NCBI RefSeq assembly: GCF_000007145.1
Contig: NC_003902.1
Coordinates: 3,116,497-3,148,496 of the forward strand
Origin: Xanthomonas campestris pv. campestris str. ATCC 33913
GTDB lineage: Bacteria > Pseudomonadota > Gammaproteobacteria > Xanthomonadales > Xanthomonadaceae
Direction of reading: 5' to 3'
DNA: 32,000 nucleotides
Numbering within the stretch: the stretch's first letter is position 1; every line of letters starts with the position of its first letter. The notes under the pieces were generated by a model. It saw nothing but the letters and a program-made list of their open reading frames with translations. It was not told the DNA's origin and did no database searches. Below, in pieces: positions 19,204 through 27,263 of this stretch. Both the position numbers and the translations under genes were made by a program.

Positions 19204-19851
19204 ATGGAACTGGATGACATGAAACATGCCTGGCAGACGCTGGAACAGCGCCTGGATCAGCAGGCTGCACAGACCGGGCAACTGCTTGGTGTTGTGCATG
19301 AAGAGACGGTGCGCAGCAGCCTGCGCCCGCTCTGGGTCGCGCAGACCGCGCAATTGCTGTGCGCGCTGGCACTGGCCATTGTGAGCGCACGCAGCTGGAT
19401 TCCCCACACGGATCAGCCCGTGGCGGTCATTGGCGGCGTGCTGCTGCAGGCCTGGTGCATGGCATTGGCGATCTCCGCGATGGTGCAGCTGCAGCTGCTG
19501 ACACAGTTCAATGTCGCAGGGCCGCTGCTGCGCACGCAACACGCGCTCGCCAGGTTGCGACGCTGGCGCACGCGCGTGGCGCCGTGGCTGGGCGTGGCGT
19601 TTTGGGTGCTGTGGATTGCCGTGGCCGACGCGCTCTGGCGCGCCCTCACCGGCCAAACCCTGCCGACCGATTGGCTGGTGCTCAACCTGCTGGTCGGCGT
19701 GGCCGGCGGCATCGGCACCTGGCTCGGCTTTCGGCGGCTACAACGCGCACAACATCCCTGGCTGGAACGCATTGACCGCGCGCACGCCGGTACCGGCGTC
19801 ATTCGCGCCGAACGCATGCTGGAAGAGATCGCACGCTTCCAGCGCGACTAG
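19204..19851 (+). CDS. four-TM membrane protein co-located with the ECF sigma (candidate non-canonical anti-sigma factor)
   Basis: ATG 19204 lies 30 nt after the sigma stop, with GGAG upstream. A soluble N-terminus of about 45 aa (MELDDMKHAWQTLEQRLDQQ...) is followed by four hydrophobic segments. There is no HxxxCxxC zinc anti-sigma motif. Confidence 0.6.
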   Translation: MELDDMKHAWQTLEQRLDQQAAQTGQLLGVVHEETVRSSLRPLWVAQTAQLLCALALAIVSARSWIPHTDQPVAVIGGVLLQAWCMALAISAMVQLQLLTQFNVAGPLLRTQHALARLRRWRTRVAPWLGVAFWVLWIAVADALWRALTGQTLPTDWLVLNLLVGVAGGIGTWLGFRRLQRAQHPWLERIDRAHAGTGVIRAERMLEEIARFQRD

Positions 19852-20033
19852 CGGGCGACGGGCGACCTGCACCACGCACTATGCAGCGCCCACCGCGCCG
19901 CGACCTGCAGCCGTTGGGTGATCAAGCAACCTCACGCACAGAACGCCTCGCCAGTACACCCACGTCATTGCGCAGTGGTGTTGCCAGCCGCTCCAGGCGG
20001 ATAATCGCCCCCCTCCCTGTCACCGAGCACACC

Positions 20034-20276
20034 ATGCAATTTCTGGAATTCGACCTGGACGGCGAGTACATCGAGCTCAACCAGCTACTCAAGCTGGCCG
20101 GCATCGCCGACAGCGGTGGCCAGGGCAAGGCGATCGTCGCCAGTGGCGCGGTCAGCGTCGATGGTGTGCAGGAGCTGCGCAAGACCGCCAAGATCCGGCC
20201 GGGCCAACTGGTGCAGTTGGATGACGTGGAGATCCGGGTGCTGGCGATGGATCCAGAGGCGGACCCGGCGGAATGA
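20034..20276 (+). CDS. ybcJ: S4-domain RNA-binding protein YbcJ
   Basis: 80 aa from ATG 20034: MQFLEFDLDGEYIELNQLLKLAGIADSGGQGKAIVASGAVSVDGVQELRKTAKIRPGQLV. This is colinear with E. coli YbcJ as I remember it. The upstream part of the track ORF (from 19881) is Arg/Ser/Pro-rich filler. Confidence 0.75.
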   Translation: MQFLEFDLDGEYIELNQLLKLAGIADSGGQGKAIVASGAVSVDGVQELRKTAKIRPGQLVQLDDVEIRVLAMDPEADPAE

Positions 20277-20768
20277 CAGTGGGCAGGTGAGCTGGCGCAC
20301 CATCGCGCGCTCGGCCGACGACCCGGAGCGCGATGTCTGCAGTGTTTCGATTGCGGCCGATTCGGCCACACCGCTCTGGTTCGAACAGTCGCTTCGTGGT
20401 GGTCACGCGGAGCGTGGCGGGGGCAGCATGCGTGCCTTGCATCCGCTGGAAGGCTGACGCGGCGATTGGCGTGCGGACGTGACCAAGGCCAGCTACGCCT
20501 GGGTCATCCCACTGCTGGAAGCGGCACTGCGCAGTGGCGATGCGCCAACCGCGATCAATGCGATCCCTGCACGCGTGAACGCACCCGCCTGACTGCAGTG
20601 CGGCTGATGTAAGCCGGCCTGATCGCAGTCCGCGCAATTGCCGCGCCGGCATTCCCGACGCAGCGGATGCCGTCCTGCAACACCACGCATCGGACGCCGT
20701 TGCAAGGTGACGCAGGACGATGACAGCGCAACGCTGCACGCGTTGCTTGCCGCTGCCACTTCATCGCC

Positions 20769-21947
20769 TCAAACGCTCCGCTGGGTCAGATGCGCTGCAA
20801 TCGCCTGCTTGAACGGCGCCACCGCATTGGCCGCACGCAAGGCGCCACGTCGCAGCAAGCGGGCCGGTGCACGATCGTCGGTGTACAGCGCGGCCAGTGC
20901 ATTGGTTGCTTCATACAGCGGGCGCGTCGCCAGACGATGCGCGCGCGCATATCCCTGCACGACCGCTGCGGCGCCGATATCGCCACCGCGCGCGGCCGCG
21001 GCCAGCACGCGCTCGGCCAGACGCGCCTGGCTTTGCAACCCGAAGTTGAAGCCGTGCGCGGTGACCGGGTGCATGCCCACCGCCGCATCGCCGATCAACG
21101 CCGCACGCTCGCCGGCAAACTGTTGTGCATAGGTTGCGATCAACGGATACGCATGGCGGCTGCCGTCCTGCTGCATCGGGCCGAGCCGGTGTTCGAAGGC
21201 GTCCGTCACCGCCGCGCCGAACGCGCGCGCGTCCATCGCCAGCAAAGCCTCGACCTGGCGTGGCGGCAAGGTCAGCACGGCGCCAGCGCGGTTGCCCTTC
21301 AGCGGCAGCAAGGCCAGCGTCTTGCCATAGCCAAACCACTCCCAGGCTGCATGGTGGTGCGGCACTGCATGGCGCACGCGGCACACCAACATGGTCTTGC
21401 CGAAATCGCGCAGCTGCGCGCCGATGCCAAGCAACCGCCGCGTGCTGGAAAACCGGCTGTCGGCTGCAACCAGCAGCCGCGCCGACAGCCGCGCCCCATC
21501 GGCGAGTTCCACACACACACGCGTGGGCGTGTGCTGTAGCGCGCGCACGCGATGGCCGCAGCGGATCTCCAGCCCCGGCTGCGCCTGCACGGCCTGCCAC
21601 GCGGCGCGGCGGATCAGATGATTGGGTACCAGCCAGCCCAGGTCGCCGGCGTGCCGCGCGGCGGATGCGAAAGTCAGCGCAAACGGTGAATGGCCGTCCA
21701 TTACCCGCGCATCGCGCAGTGGCGAGATCGCATCGGGCGACACGTGCTGCCAGAGGCCACACGTTTCCAGCAGCGCGCGCGATGCATACGTCAGCGCGAT
21801 CTCGCGTCCATCGAAGGCCGGATCGGCAAGGTGTTCGCGCGATTGCTGGTCGATCAACGTGACCGATAACCCGCTGCCGGCCAGCGTCCGTGCAAACGCC
21901 AGGCCAACCGGCCCGGCACCGATCACCGCGATATCCACCGTCTGCAT
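20769..21947 (-). CDS. FAD-dependent hydroxylase of the UbiH/UbiF/COQ6 family (possibly the UbiM-type ubiquinone hydroxylase)
   Basis: 392 aa with an N-terminal dinucleotide fold (VDIAVIGAGPVGLAF) and motifs DGREIAL, AADSRFS and LIGDAAVGMHPVTAHGFN. The UbiM subtype is a recollection of how Xanthomonadaceae homologues are named and was not verified. Confidence 0.85.
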   Translation of the reverse strand: MQTVDIAVIGAGPVGLAFARTLAGSGLSVTLIDQQSREHLADPAFDGREIALTYASRALLETCGLWQHVSPDAISPLRDARVMDGHSPFALTFASAARHAGDLGWLVPNHLIRRAAWQAVQAQPGLEIRCGHRVRALQHTPTRVCVELADGARLSARLLVAADSRFSSTRRLLGIGAQLRDFGKTMLVCRVRHAVPHHHAAWEWFGYGKTLALLPLKGNRAGAVLTLPPRQVEALLAMDARAFGAAVTDAFEHRLGPMQQDGSRHAYPLIATYAQQFAGERAALIGDAAVGMHPVTAHGFNFGLQSQARLAERVLAAAARGGDIGAAAVVQGYARAHRLATRPLYEATNALAALYTDDRAPARLLRRGALRAANAVAPFKQAIAAHLTQRSV

Positions 21948-22058
21948 GCTGCACTCCGCGCATTGCGAGGTGCACAGTCTACGAGCGGCCGTATCGCGCT
22001 GGCTTGATCAGGATCAACCCGCGCACCGTGCCGCAGGACGCGGCACGGCGATCACGCC

Positions 22059-22460
22059 TTACCAGCCCAGCAGCGCGCGCACCAGCTTGACGATGCCCCA
22101 GAACGACACCACCCAGATCGCGCTGCGCAGGTAGGGAATGCCCAGCGCATACACCGGCACGTAGGCCACCCGTGCCCACAGATACAGCTGCACGCCCAGC
22201 GCGGTTTCGGCATTGGTGCGGCCGGCCACGGTGACCGCCAGCACTGCCGCGGCAAAGATCGCGAACGTCTCCAGAAAATTGCGGAACGCACGATCCAGCC
22301 GTGCGGCCACGCCGGTCAGCGGCTTGGTCTCGCCATCGCGGGCGCTGGCGTTCCACTTGGTGCCGCGCTGGGCGGTCATGCTGGTCGATGCCGCCAGCAG
22401 CTGCACCAGGCCGAGCACCATGGCCCAGCCCAGCATCTGCAGTTCGATGCTCAGTTGCAT
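22059..22460 (-). CDS. MAPEG family membrane protein
   Basis: 133 aa with 3-4 TM segments. The RAFRNFLETFAIFAA and YLWARVAYVPVY motifs are typical of MAPEG / glutathione-S-transferase-like membrane proteins. Confidence 0.8.
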   Translation of the reverse strand: MQLSIELQMLGWAMVLGLVQLLAASTSMTAQRGTKWNASARDGETKPLTGVAARLDRAFRNFLETFAIFAAAVLAVTVAGRTNAETALGVQLYLWARVAYVPVYALGIPYLRSAIWVVSFWGIVKLVRALLGW

Positions 22461-22485
22461 GCGTTGCTCCGCTCAAAGGCCACGA

Positions 22486-23031
22486 TCACTTGGCCGACGC
22501 CCGCAGGCTGTACCCGGCCAATCGCCAGGTCTTGTCTTCGTCCAGGCGGAACGACACCAGCTCGCGTACCGGCTGCGGCGCCTTGGCAAACCGGGTCGGG
22601 AAACTGACGTTGATGTACAGACCTTCTGGCACCTGGGCCCCCGGGCCGTACTTCACCCGCGTCACCGCGCCCTGCCCGCGCCCGACCACCGGCCCGAGCT
22701 GGGTGCGCTGGCTGCCGATCTGGCCGACGAACTGCTCGCGCGTCACCGCCTTCTTGGCCACGCTGGAAGCGCCGTCCCACAACGGCCCGACCTGGGTGCC
22801 GTCCACCATCTGCGCCACCCGCAGCGCGGCCTGGGTCATTTCGGTGTTCTGCTTGGTCAGCTGCGCCTGCTGTGCGGCGTTGGGCGCGGTCGCAGCGGGT
22901 GCCGCGGCCGGGCGTGCAGTGGGCGCGATGGCAGAGGGCGCTGCGGCCGGGCGTGCAGTCGGGGCCGGCTGTTGTGCGAAGACCACGGAAGGCGCCACGG
23001 CCAGCGCGGCGAGCAGACAGGAACGAAGCAT
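22486..23031 (-). CDS. secreted DUF4019 domain protein
   Basis: ATG 23029-23031 (the track starts on TTG at 23037). Signal peptide MLRSCLLAALAVAPSVVFA, then an Ala/Pro-rich linker. The C-terminal domain ends ...RELVSFRLDEDKTWRLAGYSL, which matches my memory of DUF4019. Confidence 0.7.
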   Translation of the reverse strand: MLRSCLLAALAVAPSVVFAQQPAPTARPAAAPSAIAPTARPAAAPAATAPNAAQQAQLTKQNTEMTQAALRVAQMVDGTQVGPLWDGASSVAKKAVTREQFVGQIGSQRTQLGPVVGRGQGAVTRVKYGPGAQVPEGLYINVSFPTRFAKAPQPVRELVSFRLDEDKTWRLAGYSLRASAK

Positions 23032-23143
23032 GTGCAAGGACCTTGTACGGAACGTCGGGGAATGAGGGCGCCGTCACAGTGCGTGCGGCGGGAGCAGTCT
23101 AGGCCGGAGCACGCACAAGGCAAGCGCCGGCGGGGTGTTGCCG

Positions 23144-23389
23144 TCAGACGTCGCCGGGGGGCACCGCAGCCACCGTGCGTGGGCGCCACAGCCGCCAGCT
23201 GATCCATAACGCGCGGGCCACTGCGGCACTGATCGCCACCAGGCTCAACCACACTGCCAGCGTGGCCGGCCACTGCACGCGGTTGGCGGCGGCGATGACG
23301 CGCAACAGCTCGGCAATGCCGAAGCCGGCCAACACCAGCAGCCCGGAGGGCAGGTAGGCCAGCGCAATTCCTTTGGATTTCCCAAGCAT
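23144..23389 (-). CDS. small two-TM membrane protein (81 aa), hypothetical
   Basis: ATG 23387-23389 with a G-rich stretch upstream. GC3 is high after the first codons. Two clear hydrophobic helices. No family recognised. Confidence 0.5.
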   Translation of the reverse strand: MLGKSKGIALAYLPSGLLVLAGFGIAELLRVIAAANRVQWPATLAVWLSLVAISAAVARALWISWRLWRPRTVAAVPPGDV

Positions 23390-23454
23390 GTTGCCCCCCG
23401 GCTCCGATCACATGCGGCGACGATAGGCAGCTGGCAGTGCGGTACGCGTGAAGC

Positions 23455-24660
23455 TCAGCCTTCGGCCTGACCGGCGGCCGGCGCCTGCCGAGGATCGGAG
23501 GCCGCCTCCTGCGAGGGTGCGGCCTCTGGCGTGGCATCGCGCGCGCTGGCGGGCGCTGCATTGGCCGGTGCCGGTGCCGCGTCCGCCGGCGGCGTGGCTG
23601 CCGGCAGCGCGGCCGCGTCGGTTTCGGCCAGCGGGCTTTCTTCGGGGCAGGCGGCATCGGGGAAGCCGAAGCGCTGCTTCAGCGCCAGGCCGCAGGCGTT
23701 GACCGCATCCAGCTCGGCGCCCTCGCCTTTGCACTTCTGGTCGAACGCCATCAGAAATGCATCCTTGCGCCGCACGAACGCATCGCCGCACTTGCGCATC
23801 TGCCGGATGCGTTCCAGATCATCCTGCACGGCATTGGTGCCATCGAGGCCGTACTCGCGCAGCTCCTCCATCGTCAGCAGCCGCAGGCTGCGATTGGGCA
23901 CGGTCATCATCAGGTCGGCCACCGCCACCGCCACGCCGTTACGCTCCAGATAATCCTTGACGTTGCCGTACACCTCGCGCAATTCACGATTGAGTTCGGC
24001 GCGTGAGGTGGCCTTGGAGCTGATTCGCATCATCCGGTGGATGCCGACCTTGCCGGCCACCAGCCGGTTGTCGCCGGCCGCCAGCACGAACACGCAGGCG
24101 CTGTGGCAGATGGAGCCTTCGCGCACCCAGATGGTCCAGTTGGATTCGCCGATCACATCGCCGGCGCGGATCGCCGCCTCGACCTGGCCACCGCTGGAAT
24201 CCAGATCCAGGATGCGGTGCGGCAGGCGCAGTTGCTCGGCCACCGTGGCCAGGCGCCACACCATGTCTGCAAAGCCGGCATTGATCTTGCCCGCGTAGCG
24301 CACCCGCAGCAGGCCGGTCTCGCGGCAGGGCGCCAGGGCCGCTTCCACGCTGGCGCGGTCCAGCGCCGCCAGCAGCGTGCCATCGCCGGCCTCGCGGCTG
24401 TAATCGGTGGCGCAGCTGATCCAGGCCTGCCCCAGCTCCAGCGCAGCAGGCGGCCAGCCGGCCTCGCCGGGTTGCGCGCGCGGCCGCGGTGGCGGCGCCA
24501 CCGGCTCGGGCGTATCCACCGACACCATGTGGTCGCCGTCGGCCGCCTGCGCGCCACTGCTCTGCTGCCCCACATCGGCATCGGCGGAGGTCGCGCCGTT
24601 GCGATCACAGGCGACCAGCGCAAGCGCGCACAACAGGGACAGGCAAAGCGATTTAAGCAT
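23455..24660 (-). CDS. lipoprotein with ClpP/crotonase-like (periplasmic serine-protease-like) core, Cys-rich module and Ala/Pro-rich tail
   Basis: Lipobox LALVAC. The core LDLDSSGGQVEAAIRAGDVIGESNWTIWVREGSICHSACVFVLAAGDNRLVAGKVGIHR aligns by eye to the ClpP block INSPGG...GQAASMGAFLL.AG...IHQP. The C-terminal part has several Cys (KCGDAF, QKCKGEG, VNACGL, DAACP) followed by a low-complexity tail. Confidence 0.7.
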   Translation of the reverse strand: MLKSLCLSLLCALALVACDRNGATSADADVGQQSSGAQAADGDHMVSVDTPEPVAPPPRPRAQPGEAGWPPAALELGQAWISCATDYSREAGDGTLLAALDRASVEAALAPCRETGLLRVRYAGKINAGFADMVWRLATVAEQLRLPHRILDLDSSGGQVEAAIRAGDVIGESNWTIWVREGSICHSACVFVLAAGDNRLVAGKVGIHRMMRISSKATSRAELNRELREVYGNVKDYLERNGVAVAVADLMMTVPNRSLRLLTMEELREYGLDGTNAVQDDLERIRQMRKCGDAFVRRKDAFLMAFDQKCKGEGAELDAVNACGLALKQRFGFPDAACPEESPLAETDAAALPAATPPADAAPAPANAAPASARDATPEAAPSQEAASDPRQAPAAGQAEG

Positions 24661-24760
24661 CGGCGAGCAGGCAACGCGTGGCGGAAAGTCAGGCCAAGTC
24701 TATGGCTGAATGCGGCCAGCAGTTGAACCCTGCCATGAACACGGCGGCCCTTCTGCAACC

Positions 24761-26275
24761 ATGTCCGAAAACGGCCAGCCGCAGGCCCAGGCAGCGCATA
24801 GACTGGCGCCCATGCACACCGCCATGCCCGACCGGACCCATTGCGACTGCGCGCGACTGGCGCGCGATGCGCGCTTTGATGGGCTGTTTTTCACCGCGGT
24901 GCGCAGTACCGGCATCTACTGCCGGCCGGTGTGCCCCGCGCCGCCGCCCAAACCGTCCAATATCAGCTACTACCCCACCGCTGCGGCGGCCACCGCGGCC
25001 GGTTATCGCCCGTGCCTGCGCTGCCGGCCGGAGCTGTCACCGCAGGCGCAGCAGCACCTGGGCGAAGAGAGCGTGCAGCGTGCGCTGGCGATGATTGCCG
25101 AAGGCGCGCTGCAGGAGCAGCCGGTGCAGACGCTGGCCGACGCGGTGGGCATGAGTGCGCGGCAACTGCAACGGCAGTTCGTGCAGCAGCTCGGCGCCAC
25201 CCCGATCCAGGTGCACGGCACGCGCCGGCTGCTGCTGGCCAAGCAGCTACTCACCGAAACCGCCCTGCCGGTCACCGAAGTGGCACTGGCCGCCGGCTTC
25301 AATAGCCTGCGGCGTTTCAACGCGGCCTTTCTGCAAGGCTGTGGCATGCCGCCGTCGGCGTTGCGCAAGCAACGCAGCGACGTGCCCGGCGGCGACCTGT
25401 GTCTGCGGCTGGGCTACCGCCCGCCATTGGATTTGCCGGCGATGCTCACGTTCCTGCAGCGCCGTGCCATTCCCGGCATCGAGCAAGTGGATGCCGATGG
25501 ATACCGGCGCGTGATCGGCGCGCCTGGCCAGGCCACGTTGATCCATGTCAGCGCTGCACCAACGCGCGACGAACTGCTGCTGCGGATCGGCGCCACCGAC
25601 CCGCGCCAGATTCCGCAGATCGTGCGACGCGTGCGCCGGATCTTCGACCTGGATGCAGACCTGCACGCCGTGCATGCCACGCTCGCGCAGGACCCGCTGC
25701 TGGAACAGGCCATCACCCGCCGCCCGGGCTTGCGGGTGCCCGGTGGCTGGGACGGGTTCGAAGTCGCGGTGCGCGCCGTGTTGGGGCAGCAGATCAGCGT
25801 GGCCGGCGCGGCCACCCTGGCGGCGCGGTTGGTGGACCGGCATGGCGGCCATCTCCCCGACATGCCGCCCGGCCTGGACCGCAGTTTCCCCACGCCCGCA
25901 CAGATGGCCGACGCGCCGCTGGAACAGCTTGGGCTGCCACGCGCACGCGCAGCCACGTTGCGCGCACTGGCATCGGCCTGCGCCCAAGGCCGGCTGCATT
26001 TCGGCGCGGGCCAGCGCCTGCCCGACTTTGTCGCCGCCTGCACCGCGCTGCCCGGCATCGGGCCGTGGACCGCGCACTACATCGCCATGCGCGCGTTGTC
26101 GCATCCCGATGCGTTTCCGGCAGGAGATCTGATCCTGCAACAGGTGCTCGGTGCCCCCGAGCGCCTGAGCGAACGTGCTACCGAAGCGCGCTCGCAGGCA
26201 TGGCGGCCCTGGCGCGCCTACGCCGTGCTGCACCTGTGGCATCTTGCCGTCGACCGAAAGGACACCCGCTCATGA
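24761..26275 (+). CDS. Ada N-terminal Zn domain - AraC HTH - AlkA (DNA-3-methyladenine glycosylase II) fusion protein
   Basis: Four-Cys Ada zinc site (YCRPVCP...PCLRCRP). AraC-type HTH (LADAVGMSARQLQRQF..., VALAAGFNSLRRFNAAF). AlkA_N plus HhH-GPD region (GQQISVAGAATL, LPGIGPWTAHYIAMRAL, DAFPAGDL). I chose the ATG at 24761. ATG 24710 and later Met codons are possible. Confidence 0.85.
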   Translation: MSENGQPQAQAAHRLAPMHTAMPDRTHCDCARLARDARFDGLFFTAVRSTGIYCRPVCPAPPPKPSNISYYPTAAAATAAGYRPCLRCRPELSPQAQQHLGEESVQRALAMIAEGALQEQPVQTLADAVGMSARQLQRQFVQQLGATPIQVHGTRRLLLAKQLLTETALPVTEVALAAGFNSLRRFNAAFLQGCGMPPSALRKQRSDVPGGDLCLRLGYRPPLDLPAMLTFLQRRAIPGIEQVDADGYRRVIGAPGQATLIHVSAAPTRDELLLRIGATDPRQIPQIVRRVRRIFDLDADLHAVHATLAQDPLLEQAITRRPGLRVPGGWDGFEVAVRAVLGQQISVAGAATLAARLVDRHGGHLPDMPPGLDRSFPTPAQMADAPLEQLGLPRARAATLRALASACAQGRLHFGAGQRLPDFVAACTALPGIGPWTAHYIAMRALSHPDAFPAGDLILQQVLGAPERLSERATEARSQAWRPWRAYAVLHLWHLAVDRKDTRS

Positions 26276-26814
26276 GCACGCTGCACTACGACACCTTCCC
26301 CTCGCCGATTGGTGCGCTGACCGTGGCGGCCGACACCACCGGCGTGCGCCACATCCTGTTCGCGCAGAATCGCCACGATGCCCCCGGGCGCGCACTCTGG
26401 CAGCACGGTCCCGACGCGCCGCTGGTGCAGGCTGCACGCGAGCAGCTGCTGGATTATCTGTATGGCGGGCGGCGCAGCTTCGACCTGCCACTGGCCCCGG
26501 CCGGCACGCCATTCCAGTTGCAGGTCTGGCAGACGCTGGCCCGCATTCCGTTCGGTGAAACCTGGAGTTACGCGCAACTGGCGCAGGCAGTGGGCCGGCC
26601 GGCTGCCAGCCGTGCGGTGGGCGCCGCAAACGGCCGCAATCCGCTGCCGATCGTGCTGCCCTGTCACCGCGTCATCGGTGCCAGTGGCGCACTGACCGGA
26701 TTCGGTGGCGGGCTGCCGACCAAACAGGCCTTGCTGCAGCTGGAAGGCTGGTCGCCGCAGGCGTCGGCGCGCCGGGTTGCAGCCGTGGTTGGCGAAGATC
26801 TGTTTGCCCGCTGA
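26272..26814 (+). CDS. ogt: methylated-DNA--protein-cysteine methyltransferase
   Basis: 180 aa. The start ATG 26272 overlaps the upstream TGA (ATGA). Contains the active-site motif LPCHRVIG and RAVGAANGRNPLPIV. In the track it is embedded in the long ORF 25399..26814. Confidence 0.9.
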   Translation: MSTLHYDTFPSPIGALTVAADTTGVRHILFAQNRHDAPGRALWQHGPDAPLVQAAREQLLDYLYGGRRSFDLPLAPAGTPFQLQVWQTLARIPFGETWSYAQLAQAVGRPAASRAVGAANGRNPLPIVLPCHRVIGASGALTGFGGGLPTKQALLQLEGWSPQASARRVAAVVGEDLFAR

Positions 26815-27263
26815 GCTGGGCGAGTGCCGCCGCCGTTCGCGTACGCCGTGGGTGTGCATGTGGTCGCATCTGCGCGCGCGCATTGCCACACACGAGCGCA
26901 ACGTAGATCGCCTCATCAGGCCTTGGCATGCGCCGCGGAGCACCGCCGCCAATGCCGTCGCGCGCACCGCGCCGGTGACCAGCCGCATGGACAATGCCAA
27001 CAGGTAAGTGGCCTGCAGGAGCGTGAAACCCTGCGTGCCGAAGCCAGCGGCGCTGGCAACGATGGTCCGTTGCAGTGCTGGCAACGATTCGGCGGCCGCA
27101 CGCCGCGCCCCCGTGTTGTCCGCAATTTTTGGTGCACAGCGCAGGCTCGCGGATCACGCTTGCGCGGCTACCGCCCGAGTCGGCCACCAAGCGCGCAGCA
27201 TCTTCGACAACGCCAGTGCACCGATGACTTCGACACGTCACCGCGGCCACGTAAACTGACGCG

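Noticed and set aside
20378-20385. GGTTCGAA (T-loop-like) motif that might mark a tRNA or tRNA remnant and an integration site.
   Set aside because: The flanking bases do not form a T-arm stem (CTCTG versus CAGTC are not complementary). No acceptor or anticodon arms can be drawn, and no integrase lies nearby.
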